Shown one piece after another: positions 24,456 to 35,201 of a stretch of 37,771 nucleotides of DNA; position 1 is the first letter of the stretch, and each line of letters begins with the position of its first letter. The notes under the pieces were generated by a model that saw only the letters and a program-made list of their open reading frames with translations, did not search any database and was not told where the DNA came from. The DNA is from Takakia lepidozioides (Eukaryota > Plantae > Bryophyta), in assembly GCA_030704615.1 (NCBI GenBank), contig JAKLZA010000354.1:1-37771 (forward strand), written 5' to 3'. Made by a program: the position numbers and the translations under genes.

Positions 24456-27400
24456 TCAAGAAATATTGGAGGTTTCAGAGGAACCACTGCCAGAGTTAAT
24501 AGCAATATCATCTATGAATACAGCAGCACATACATGACGTTTTTTTTTTCCACGACCTTTATGGAGATGCGAATACAGTGTTTGTTCGGATAACACCCGT
24601 GCGCAAGCTTCCGCGTAAACCGGCAAGCGGTTGGATCTAGGGGGACTCGGGGACATGTAGTATCCTTGGAATCCGAAAGGTGTCTGCTGATTCAATGACT
24701 GGTGCAGAACTCTGGAAAGGAACAAGAGAAATGGTGGCAGATGTTAACATCCAGATATAGACAATGTTACGCAATTTTTTCGAACGGGAACGACACAAGG
24801 AAATGCCACATATTTTGAACGACTACAGAAGAACTTACTCACACTCAAAATCGGAGTCAACGTCCAGATCCTCGTCAGGCGCTTCGGGCTCCTCCAGAAG
24901 TCCCTCTTTGGATGGGGTAGAAGTAGTGTCCGACTCAAGCTGACGAAGCTCGCTCGAGAAGAGCTCCGTATCAGCTTCCATGCCGAAGAAGTGCCTTCCG
25001 GCGCTCTTGCAAGCATGAAAACATGCTCCTGCAAATCCAAGAAGAACGAGAAATGAAAACAGGGTTTCCCTAAGGTTACTGCCCATATGTCAATCACAAT
25101 GTAAAGTGCCCCACCTGTGCCCATAGACAAGTCGACCACTCGTCCACCATGACGGCTGCATGTCTCCACCAAAGTCTGCATGAAAGCTGGAGATTTCTCC
25201 CGTGCACCTCTCCAAGGGACACCAATCGACCTTTTCATAGTTCGACCCGAGTCCACGTAATTGAAGAGAACATCATCCTCCATAGGCTCGCAGGTGGGGT
25301 CAATATGAGCTGCAAGGTCCCTCATCTGGAACTCAGCAACACCAGGAGGAAGAGTGTCCTTCCGCCTCACCAGGCACAAAGCTTCGAACACCCGTGTCTG
25401 TCAACAATGAGGAAGAGAGCATGAGACAGAAGGCATAACCCAGCATTTTTATTTACCGAAAAAACAACGAAACATGAATTGAAAGGAACCAACTCACTTT
25501 CTGCCCCGGGAACTCGCCCTTCGTAAGAGGCAGAGTATTGATGCATGTCCAAGTTTTGATGACACGAAACCCGGAGGCTTTCATGTAGCTGAAAAGAGTT
25601 CTTCGAGCCGACATGTCCTTTGACTGCATGAGAAGAAGAGCCCCCGAGTCCGAAAGGAATTTGTTGCTGAACGAGAAAGCCCACTGCCAATAACGAGAAT
25701 CCGATTTGTTCCAAGTCGGGGTCGAATTGGAAGGGAACACATCAGGGACGGGATAACCGTCAGGAATGTCCAGCACCACAAGGTCAGTCGCGTATGCCTG
25801 CTGAACTCCATTCACCCATTCCGGTTTTTTTGTCACCTACAGGGAAAAACAGGAGACAGTGTAAGAAGCCCAATCCAAATCGAGCAGGAGATCAATCCCC
25901 TGGAAAAGCCACAACAAGATGCCAAAACACAATTATTCATACAACAGTTTAGACACAAGTGTTTACCTGAGTGAGGAACGAAACAAGCATGTCCCATGAT
26001 TTCGAGGGCACCCCTTTGAATGTGGACTTCCTGGACTCCATCATTGCAAGAAAACTTTCATTCAGCACCCTACGATTGAACTGGCCCAAAACCCTGGAGG
26101 GATGTTCTCTCGCCTCGTAAGGCTGCTCCCTCGACTTTGATGTTCTCCTATCCCTCCTTGCGGGAGAAGGCTCTCTGACAGGAACCTCTGACGGTCCCTG
26201 TCCTTGCGGAGCTGCACTTTTCCCCTTCCCCTTAGGATCCCCGACAGTCTTCCCCTTTCGTTTTGGAGTGGCAGTTCTCTCGGGCTCTTTTGCAGCCAGA
26301 GTAGAAATGATTCTGTCCTGAATGTCTTTGTCTGCCAATGGGGCAATCGCTGCGGCATTGTCGTTCAGGTTTCTCAAAACAACTTCATCGAATGGTGTGT
26401 CCTGTTTTGGCAGGTCGAGGTACCACCCACAGTCTCTGAAGTGCGCCCTGCTCCAGTCTCTGGCAATACCAGCCGTGTACATTGTCTTCTCATTGGAGGG
26501 GTCAGCCCATGAATAGATGAAGTCTGGGTCATCGCTAAGGTACTTTCCCGGTATGAGGATATGATACATATACCTAAATCAAACACCAAAAACCCAGACA
26601 GTCAGTCAATCGGAAAATGGAAAAGAACAGACATTCAGAAGAAGATATTGAAATAAAGGAAGGGAACACCTGGTAATCAACTTTTGCTGTCCAGAATCAA
26701 CCTTGCGTTGACGCAATGTTGATTCGAGCAGAAATGGGAAACACCTAGTGGTTACGCTGTATTGATAGAGACAACGACTGACAAGTGCAATACAACATTG
26801 CGTCAACGCAATGTTGTTTTCACACATAGATGAAATGGGGAACAATGCCTGAAAACCACCATCTGACTATGTACTGCTATGGATATTCAACATTGCGTTG
26901 GCGCAATGCTGAATTCCTCTGTTGAAACAAACATTGATAATATATCTGATAATCGAAAGTCTCCTACAATTGCATGGAAGTTGGGGGATGCACAGGGACA
27001 TTTCCATCAATCCATACCGCCAAACAACCTTGCGTCAACGCAAGTCTGTTTGTTGGCATAGTGAAAGCTGAAAATAGCATTTGAAATAGACTCCAAACAT
27101 TGTTATGTTCAAGTTGAAAGAATTGGATCTGGATTTGAACTGCCCCAAACCAGAGGAAAAGGTACATAGTCTGCGTCTCATCAACATTGCGTTGACGCAA
27201 GGCTGATTTTCCTGTCCATTCACCCCCATTCACATGCAATAAAACGCTAGTATGGGATACCCAGATATAGGTAAGTGAAACCAGGACCATGGTCAACGCA
27301 ATGTTGCTGGACAGCACATTCAGAGCCCCCAGAGATCCCTCAAAGCCACGCAAATTCGCAAATCTGAAAGTATGACAGAAGATTGCAGATGCATGCCCTT

Positions 27401-30381
27401 CAAGTACCACAATTGAGTAAGGAGATCACACCTGTACAACACTCGTTTCATTGCTTGCTCGCTGTTCAGCTGGTTTTTGAACTCGTACGATCTGGAGATT
27501 CCTTTGTCTTTTTCAAACTCCCTGAAGAAGCAATTGTTCCAGACAGCGAGCTTCCACCTCCTGATATAGGCCTCCAGTGTGATCCGGGGGCAAGCCATCT
27601 GGATTTTGTAGTCTGCCATCGACTCAGCAAGTGCAGCCACTGCACGTTTTTCTAACTGCATCAAGAAAGCTTGTAAGACATTTGGAGAGGTTGGGAGCGG
27701 AATTACGGAGCAACACACATGTCTGAAAATGGTTTGGTGGTATCCTTACCTGGCTCCAAAATGTGGCTTTGTGTAGCCACTGGTCGAATGTCTGGTCGCT
27801 TACAACTTTTATTGCTTGTGTCTTCGGGTCTCTCTCTGGAGTTGGAAACATATTCGTGTCTCTCACAAGAGGATCCGAGTTCCATATCTCCAACCACCTG
27901 ATTTTCGTTGCATTGTCCACCATTGAAATGGAAAGGCGATGTAGTTTCTCCTGAGTCATTTCTGGCTTGGAGCCAAACTTGTCATAGTGCACTTTCACCT
28001 GCTCCAGAAATTCTGTGCCAAGCCCTGGATCTGCTATCCTGATTTGTTTGTCGAATGCACTCATGAGATTCTTCCTTTGATTATTCATCTCGAACTTCAT
28101 CGTGTCCTCAAGCCCAGATGCAGACCGCTGCTCTTCAGTGTGGGAATCATAGTACTCAGCTTTCGCCTTCAAGCCAGTTTCTGCTATTTCTTGCTGCATA
28201 CATTGCAGGTAAAAAGAATGAAACACTGTCAGTACTTGTGAGAAAATAGTAACAACAGGTAGTGTCAAGAAGCTTGCAGTGTCAAAAAGCAAGCAGTGTC
28301 AAGAAGCTTACAGTGTACATGTAGTCAAGGAAAGCCTCTCTTGTCAAGCTATACCATGTGCTTGTCTTCTTCTCAGCACACCTCTTCATCTGCTGTGGAC
28401 TAAGCACGTTTGTGAATGACTCCAGTGGCATCAGCCCTACCTTCTGGATGCGGAATAGAGTGTGGCACAGATTGGTGGTCACATGAGATGTTTCGTTGGA
28501 CCTGGAAAAACCGTCAACTCATAAGATGATTTCTAATTGTCGAAACGAGGAACAGACACAAAGATGGAGACTTACTTATTTATGTCGTGCATGGCTGTCA
28601 AGAGCTGCGTGACATGCCCTTTGTGATCCAGAACCATGGAAACCACGCTCCAGTGCCATTCGATGTCGTCAGAGTGCATGCTTGAAATGTAATCCATCCA
28701 GGCAAGCAGTCTGTGGTTCCCATCCCAGACAAAAAACATCTTCCCCATGAATGCTTTTGTGGAGGTCTTCTTCGACAGCTTGAACTCGAACTCCCTGTTC
28801 ACATCCCGCCAGCATTCATCCCAACTTTGCTCAATGTCCTCTGTTACAAGACACTCCTCTCCTTTTGTGTTCATAGTGGATACGTAGAACACTGCTGATC
28901 CCTTCACATAGCCGTGAACAAAGTCGTTCTTCAACTTTGTTATATCATTCCTCAATGCCGGTCGAACAGCGGGCATGGAGATCATCCTGCAAAGCGGAAT
29001 GACCAGGTTTCCGCCGGGAACCTCCATCGACAGAATCACCTTCGACGAGTTCACTTTTTGCCCACCCATTATCTCCTCGGCCTTGTCTTCATAGTGTCCC
29101 TCCAGTGACTCTTCATCACCTTCACCTTCTGAAGCGGCCAAATCTTCCCCCTCGGCTTTCCTTTTTCTTTTCCTCTGCACAGAATTAATAATCTGTGAGT
29201 GTGAGATTGAGCTCCCATGCATCAACCTTGCTTTGACGCAAGGTTGATTGATGGGGAAGTAACTTAGACTGAAAGGCATACAGGAAAGACGTTTGGACCC
29301 AAATTATGTTTTGCGTTGACGCAGGGTTCTTTTGGGAGCCTCGAAGAATGAACTTTCCCTACCTTACAGTGAGGAGAGTGGGATATCGGACGCATCCATT
29401 GTGCAAAGCTATCATGAAAACCAGCCTTGCGTCAACGCAAGGTTGATTCCTGTGCAGCCTCTGTTGGTTTCACTACAAGCTCTAAACATACAATATGCAG
29501 GTTGGGATCAACCTTGCGTTGACGCAAGGTTGATTGCGAGCTGTCTTATCGGGGTTCAGCAAAGCAAAAATGTACAGTAAATGGAGACTCCTGTCTCTGC
29601 TTCGTCTTTGAAATCCATGATGCGTCGGAAGCATCCATGTCTCTCTACCTTGATTGTAGTGCAGTTTCTACACTGTTTAAAGCCCAGCAAAAAAGCATTG
29701 AGGTCGACTTCAACCTTGCGTTGACGCAAGGTTGATGTCCACCTCAATGCTTAGCATGAAACAGTACAGATTGTGGTGCAGTATCTGCACTGATTTGAGC
29801 CCAGCAAATACACTTTGGAGGTCGACTTCAACCTTGCGTTGACGCAAGGTTGATGTCGTCCTCAATGCTTAGCATGAAACAGAGAGAGAAAAAGACAGAA
29901 ACAGAGAGAGAAAAAGAAAGTTCGTAGCTACCTGGGGTTTCTGCTTTGCACTTGATGATGCTCCTGTCGCGTTCAATTTTTCCATGCGGTCTTCAGGTAG
30001 CATGCTTCCAAGGAGGTCGCGATGGTGCGAAACAGGGGCAGACGGCCGCGTTCCTACGTCCGTTTGTTCTCCCTGGTCTTTGAAGGCCAGGTTCTGTACA
30101 CTCACTGCTTCCTCCCGAGCCCAACTTACTTCCTCCTCATCCCCTCCTTCGATTGCAGGTTGCTCGTCTGTCGCCTCCTGGATCACTTCAAGACCTTCCT
30201 CTCCACACTGCGGTTGCCGTATCCTCTTTTGCCCTTCCTCTTCCTCATCTCGCGGGGTTTCTTCTCCCATTCTAAGCTCCCGTCTCGCCTTTCTCATCCT
30301 CTCCTTAGCGCGTGCCCTTTCCTTGTTTGACGTGAAATACAGTGTTCTTCGACGCCTGCTTCTCCCTCGAAGTAGGGACAC
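24456..30381 (-). CDS. Multi-exon ParB/Srx-domain + beta-class amino DNA methyltransferase-like protein (element C copy, ~1200 aa, apparently intact)
   Basis: Approximate exons: ~30381-29932, 29174-28576 (MFFVWDGNHRLLAW), 28501-28312, ~28193-27750, ~27655-27432, ~26574-25967, 25836-~25498 (DLVVLDIPDG), ~25397-25114 (KSPAFMQTLVETCSRHGGRVVDLSMGTG), ~25028-24839 (ACFHACKSAGRHFFGMEAD) and 24711-24456. All junctions are GT-AG with compatible phases. The start codon is not pinned down. Confidence 0.85.
26699..27305. repeat. Intronic cluster of element C palindrome AAC(C/A)TTGCGT(TG/CA)ACGCAA(G/T)GTT
   Basis: Copies at 26699, 26794, 26889, 27026, 27183 and ~27284, inside one ~860 bp intron. Confidence 0.85.
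29224..29851. repeat. Second intronic cluster of element C palindrome, including a 118-bp tandem duplication
   Basis: Copies at 29224, 29307, 29423, 29510, 29712 and 29830, inside intron 29175-29931. Confidence 0.85.
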
Positions 30382-30549
30382 CGTCTCTGCGGAATCCAGG
30401 GTTGCAAAGAAAATGAGTTACTCAGGAAAAACGAACACTATCTGAGGTTCATCGCGGGGCCTTCAACGCCAAGATGTTCGCTCGGACCGTTCAGTGCGCC
30501 ACCGACTCAATCCACATGCATGGCGAACACGTGTCTATGTAGTCGTTAT

Positions 30550-30735
30550 GTAAAACGGCCGGAATTATTGAAACATCATCCTTCCAAAAATGTAATCGGG
30601 GTATCTCTACCCCTATGTTTAACGGCGGAGATCAATGAATCATCATCCTTACAAAATTCGTTGGGGTCTAACCCTATGTATAACGGCAGATATCATTCAA
30701 ACATCATCCATCCAAAAATCGTTAGGGTGTAATCG
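30550..30735. repeat. Degenerate ~61-68 bp tandem repeat (3 copies) in the divergent promoter region of C
   Basis: AACGGC...CATCATCC...AAAA...GGG units at about 30553, 30621 and 30682. Confidence 0.55.
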
Positions 30736-31042
30736 ACTCTCATCTGAAAAAATTCATTGTTGGGTAATTTAGGGTGGAATGTTCCAGAGGAATGAGAATT
30801 ATATTCAGTTGTGCAGCGGTGCAGTCGCCGTCAAAATTTAATGGAAATGGGCATCTCTTCTGGCCTCCCTGACATGACAACGACATTGGCGGCTCTGTCA
30901 GTGAATCTGTCAGCTATTGCACTGGTGGGGCAATTCTGAGAGAACAATTGTGTATGAGGACGCCAAAACTCCACTCTCACACAACCTGCATTCAGAAGCA
31001 CCATCGGACTTTGAACTGTACTTTCTGTAGCAACATCGACAT

Positions 31043-34000
31043 ATGGCTTCCCAGGCTGTGGGCTCCCTTGACGCGGACTTCTTCAGTGACGACCACCCTG
31101 TTCCATTTTCTTACGAGGTGGAAGATGATGGTTTTGCGGTGGTTCATGAACTCGTCCTCGCAACGCAGTTTCGGTTGGAAAATGGTAGTCTATTCCTTCA
31201 GAGGGAAGTGTACGATGCCAATGGAAAACTGCTCAAGTACGCATTCCAGAAACCATCGCAAACTGCACCAACCACGCAATGGAGAGTGCCTCCAGGCAGA
31301 TACAGGGTGCTCAGTGCTCCTCTGAGACAGTCTGCAGGATCGTTCGTAACTCCTGGCACGGCAGCATCAGTGGCCCAGGAGAAGACACCAGTGGTTGTGA
31401 AGAAGGAGGCGACTGCCGTTAACACTGTAGTTGACCTTTCGGACTCATCCTCCGATGACACATGTGCAATTCCGCCTGTGGATCAGCCATGTCCACATGT
31501 AGAACCAGATGTGGAGGAGATCTCCAGTGTCATTCCTAAATTGAAAGCGATGGGTGGGATGGCAGGATTCAAGAGTGAGTTGAGGGGGATAGACTGGAGC
31601 ACTTTCAATATTGAAAGGGTGGCATTCTTGCCGGAATCGTTTGATGGTAATACTGTTTTTGAGCTGCCTCCTCCTGGTCGCGTGGGGGGGATTTCCAGTC
31701 TCCTGGAAGGAATGGACAAAAAGCACGATGGGCACCCTTGGTGCCGCACAAAAACATCCAATATTCACAACAACGACAACCTCATATTCAGGCGAACAGT
31801 CTGTAATGGGCACCTGAAATGCGAGAACATGAAATGCAGACACTTCGCATTGTCAGGTGTGCAAAACCAAAGCGAATGGGATGGAGTCAGTGAGAATCCA
31901 TTCAAGCCTGGGGTAACACCACCATACAGTAACACTTTTGTGTGCAAGTTCTGTAGGGTACCACCTTGCTGCCTTGCTTTGTGTGGCGCCAGAATGTATT
32001 ATGTGGTGCATCGATTCAAAAACCTGACTAGAGCCTGTGTCCATTTCGGTTTTCACAACCACCCTGTGTCCAAGGGGGATTATAGGGAGAGCGTTGACAC
32101 AGTCTCTCGTCTGATAAGGCAAGAGTTGGATACCAATCCAACTGGCACCACATCTGCAATTGCCATGGGGGCGAGCAAGTCCTTTCTGGAAAGCCGTATT
32201 CTGTGTGCATCAAATTCGGTTGGAGGAATGCTGGAAGGACCAGCTTTGGACACTGTTATGGACCATTTCTCTGCTTTGACTTCTCCAAACATTAGGAATC
32301 AGGTGAACGCTTTAAGAATGGGCTCTGGGAGCCGAGGTTATATGGACAATATTATGGATTTGAAGAAAAGGAGCATGTACGACTACATCCAAGACAGCGT
32401 TTTCCCGGGACAAGGAGCCAGGAAAGTGTTCTTGTTCAAAATGTCCACAAAAGGTGAGGGCAGCGGGGTCAGCCTGGTTAAACGTATGCAGAAGGGTGGC
32501 GATCTTGGCAACTGCTTCCTTATGTTCGATCATGTCAAGAGAGTTAAAGACTGGACCACAATGGCATGTCATGTTTACGACCCTGTGTACCAGCGGGTCA
32601 TGACAATTGCAGTGTGTGACATGCAGTCAGAGGACACAGATTCACAGCAGCTCATGTGGGAAGCTCTCATTCGTGTTATGGCCTCCAATGGTCTCCCATC
32701 TCCCAATTTCGTTGGTTTCATGGCCGATAGTGCTCAAGCTAACTTCAACGCTGTCCGCATTGTGTTCGGGTCGGGAGATCCAAAAGTGCCAATGCCTGGA
32801 AGAGAACGTACGTGTCTTTTCCATTGGACACAATCCCTCGACAAACACACAAAGACGTACATCAAGCCAGATATGCAGAGTATGCATCGTCAACTGTGCA
32901 AACAGTACAAAGACGCCAAAACTATGGGGGAAGCGAATACATTGTTCCAGACAATTCGTGCCTGGTGGTACTCATCTGGAGCGGCATCGGAGGACAGCAT
33001 GAGGGCACTGCAAGACTGGTTCGCATTTTGGCACTTCCGTTACCGACAGTGGGGAGCGGCCATGACAACGGTGAGTGGTTTGCATTCAAAAGTTTGTTTG
33101 GGTGCTTCCAATATATCTTTCAGGGTCCAACTCTAATATGGGCTTTGTGTTTTTTTGCCTTGCAGCATATGTCCATTGAGGAGATGGCGGACATGCCTTC
33201 TTGCAATCTTGCGGAGACAGTGCACAATGCCTGGTTGCAGCAATCCGGCAAAAAAGGGAGAGATTTGTATGCAGCGACGGCCGATGACCTTATTCGTGCT
33301 CTACAGCAGCAAACCAGATACAGGTCATTCTTGAGGGGTGGCCTTGGTGGCAAAGGTCCGGACAGGAGCGAGTTGATGTTGCGGGCAGCTGGAAGATCAG
33401 GGGATCCTAGCAAAATAGCGCGGGCAGTGAGCATATGTGCAGATGGCACCCCTCTCGTGGGAAGAGTTCCCCATCTGGAAGGCGAAGAGAGATTCGGGTC
33501 TTGCAAACGGAAATTGGACACCCCTCCGGGATCGGATGCAGATTCCCATAGGGCGGACAGGGTCAACTTCTCGACGCCACGTGTTCCCTTGGATCAGAGA
33601 TGGAATTGCGGAACATCCACAGGTGAGGGCTACTCTGCCCCAGACCGGACCCCTGCATCAAGCACTGTCACTGCAATGGTTGAAGACCAGAACGTGGTGT
33701 CGCATATAATCGAGTCTGAGGGCTTGGACGATGTTTGGCATATAGAACGCACAAGTGCTGGATCGCGTGTGAAATGCGCGGCGATCAGGGCCACCAATCA
33801 TGAAAAATGTACATCATTAATATCCAGAGGGAAAGAACGCACTGCAGCTCCTACATTCACGGGTTTGTTTCTCCCTTACGGACAAGGCGAGGCAAAGAAC
33901 CACAAGTTTTGGTTCTGCGCTGACGATTGTGGGAGATGTGTGCATGGGACAGTGAGGCCTTCCGTGGTAAGGAAGCCTACTCCACCAACCGTGTGGCCTG

Positions 34001-34548
34001 TGAAGATGGGCACAGGTCTCACTCATCGAGAGATTGCAATGCTGGAAGAGGCGGGTTTCTCCCTAGCCAGACATTCCATTGCACGTGAAGGTGCTTCAAG
34101 TGGAAGCGGTTCACGGGTACCTCCGCCTGACGCTCACTTGTGGCCAACCAGACGGAACGGGAAGCTTGTTCGACGATTCCCTCCAACCGCAGAACACTAC
34201 GGCAAAATTGAGTCCGCCAGAATGCTTCACGCTCGTGTTGCGGGAACAATGGAAGTGCCTGATCCAGGGTATGGTCGGGTCTTCACCATGATCTCATCCG
34301 CATCTGCGCTGCAGGACAGGACGTACGAAATCACTGTTTCCAATTTTCCCAATTGTACATGTCCAGATTTTGTTGGTATGCTTTCAAGTAGTTTGGGAAA
34401 GAGAGGGAAGTTCATACCGTGCAAACACCTTTACTTCGTCTTCTTGAGAAGGATGGTTTGTGATCCAAAGCGCGACTTCTTCATTCACCAAGCCACTATG
34501 AGTTTCAACGAAGTCAACACACTTCTACAGCGGGATACAAGCCCATAA
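31043..34548 (+). CDS. MULE/Mutator-type DDE transposase, 2 exons (31043-33070, 33166-34548), ~1136 aa
   Basis: MFDH, FMADS, CLFH and CNLAET motifs; GCM-like domain (GHPWCRTKTSNIHNN...CNGHLKC...GFHNHP); SWIM (CTC...PCKH). Same intron position as in A and B. Confidence 0.92.
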
Positions 34549-34730
34549 AAATCGGTGTTTTCCTTGACTACAACTTGTAATGGAATGACTGTTCAAGTCC
34601 AGTGGCTCTCAATGTATGACGTCTAACATATTTGCTATGCGTGGGTCAATGCATTTGTCGCATTGGTTTGTCATTCTCTTTTCATTAGCAAACAGAAGAA
34701 ACTACCTTCAGATAGACAGATGATCAAATC

Positions 34731-34961
34731 AACCTCGTCTCAACACGAGGTTTACTTGAAGTTCTCCAAATCCTCCTTGTGTTGACACAAGGATGATTTT
34801 AGTTCTCAAAAACAACATCGTGTCAACACGAAGTTCATTTTTGTTCCAGGAAAACAACCTTGTGTTAACACGAGGTTTTGTTGAAGTTCTCCAAATCCCC
34901 CTTGTGTCGACACGAGGTTCATTTCAGTTCTACGAAATGAAGCTCCTGTTAACAGAAGGTT
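34731..34961. repeat. Right subterminal array of the C palindrome at a 41-42 bp period
   Basis: Copies at 34731, 34773, 34814, 34856, 34898 and 34940, as decayed variants such as AACCTTGTGTTAACACGAGGTT. Confidence 0.8.
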
Positions 34962-35201
34962 GAACTCCAGAAGCCCAAAACCCTTCATCCGTTTCACCTT
35001 CATGTGGTGAAATCAGCAGTTGGGGGCTCCACGGTTATAGGCCCACCTTCTTTGTGGTGACGTGGCATGACCTGGACCAGGCTCACGCCACGTCAGCATT
35101 AGCGCCATGTCAGCAGCGTGAGCGTAGGCTCACGCCACGTCATCATTGTGTGAGCGTACGCTCACACGCTCACGCGCCAGGCTCACGCGGTAGCGTCGTT
35201 G

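Larger units (their letters stand above)
23922..35201. mobile_element. Element C: ~11.3 kb apparently intact MULE with ParB-methyltransferase cargo gene
   Basis: TSD GCCTGGAAT(G) at 23913-23921(2) and 35202-35210(1). Inverted subterminal GCGTGAGCCTGGC..GTGAGC..GTGAGC motifs. Removing the element restores B's reading frame ...KFVASSFQAEHRVLCTAWKDAP... Confidence 0.95.

Noticed and set aside
25453-25836. C5-cytosine methyltransferase (DNMT/CMT)
   Set aside because: No PC catalytic motif or ENV motif; the motif order matches beta-class amino-MTases.
28260-28312. Triple AGTGTCAA(G/A)AAGC repeat
   Set aside because: A small local duplication near a splice donor within a short intron, with no sign of wider significance.
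24456-30381. Bacterial or phage ParB-methyltransferase contamination
   Set aside because: The gene has about nine spliceosomal introns, several shared between A and C, and lies inside a TSD-bounded eukaryotic transposon.
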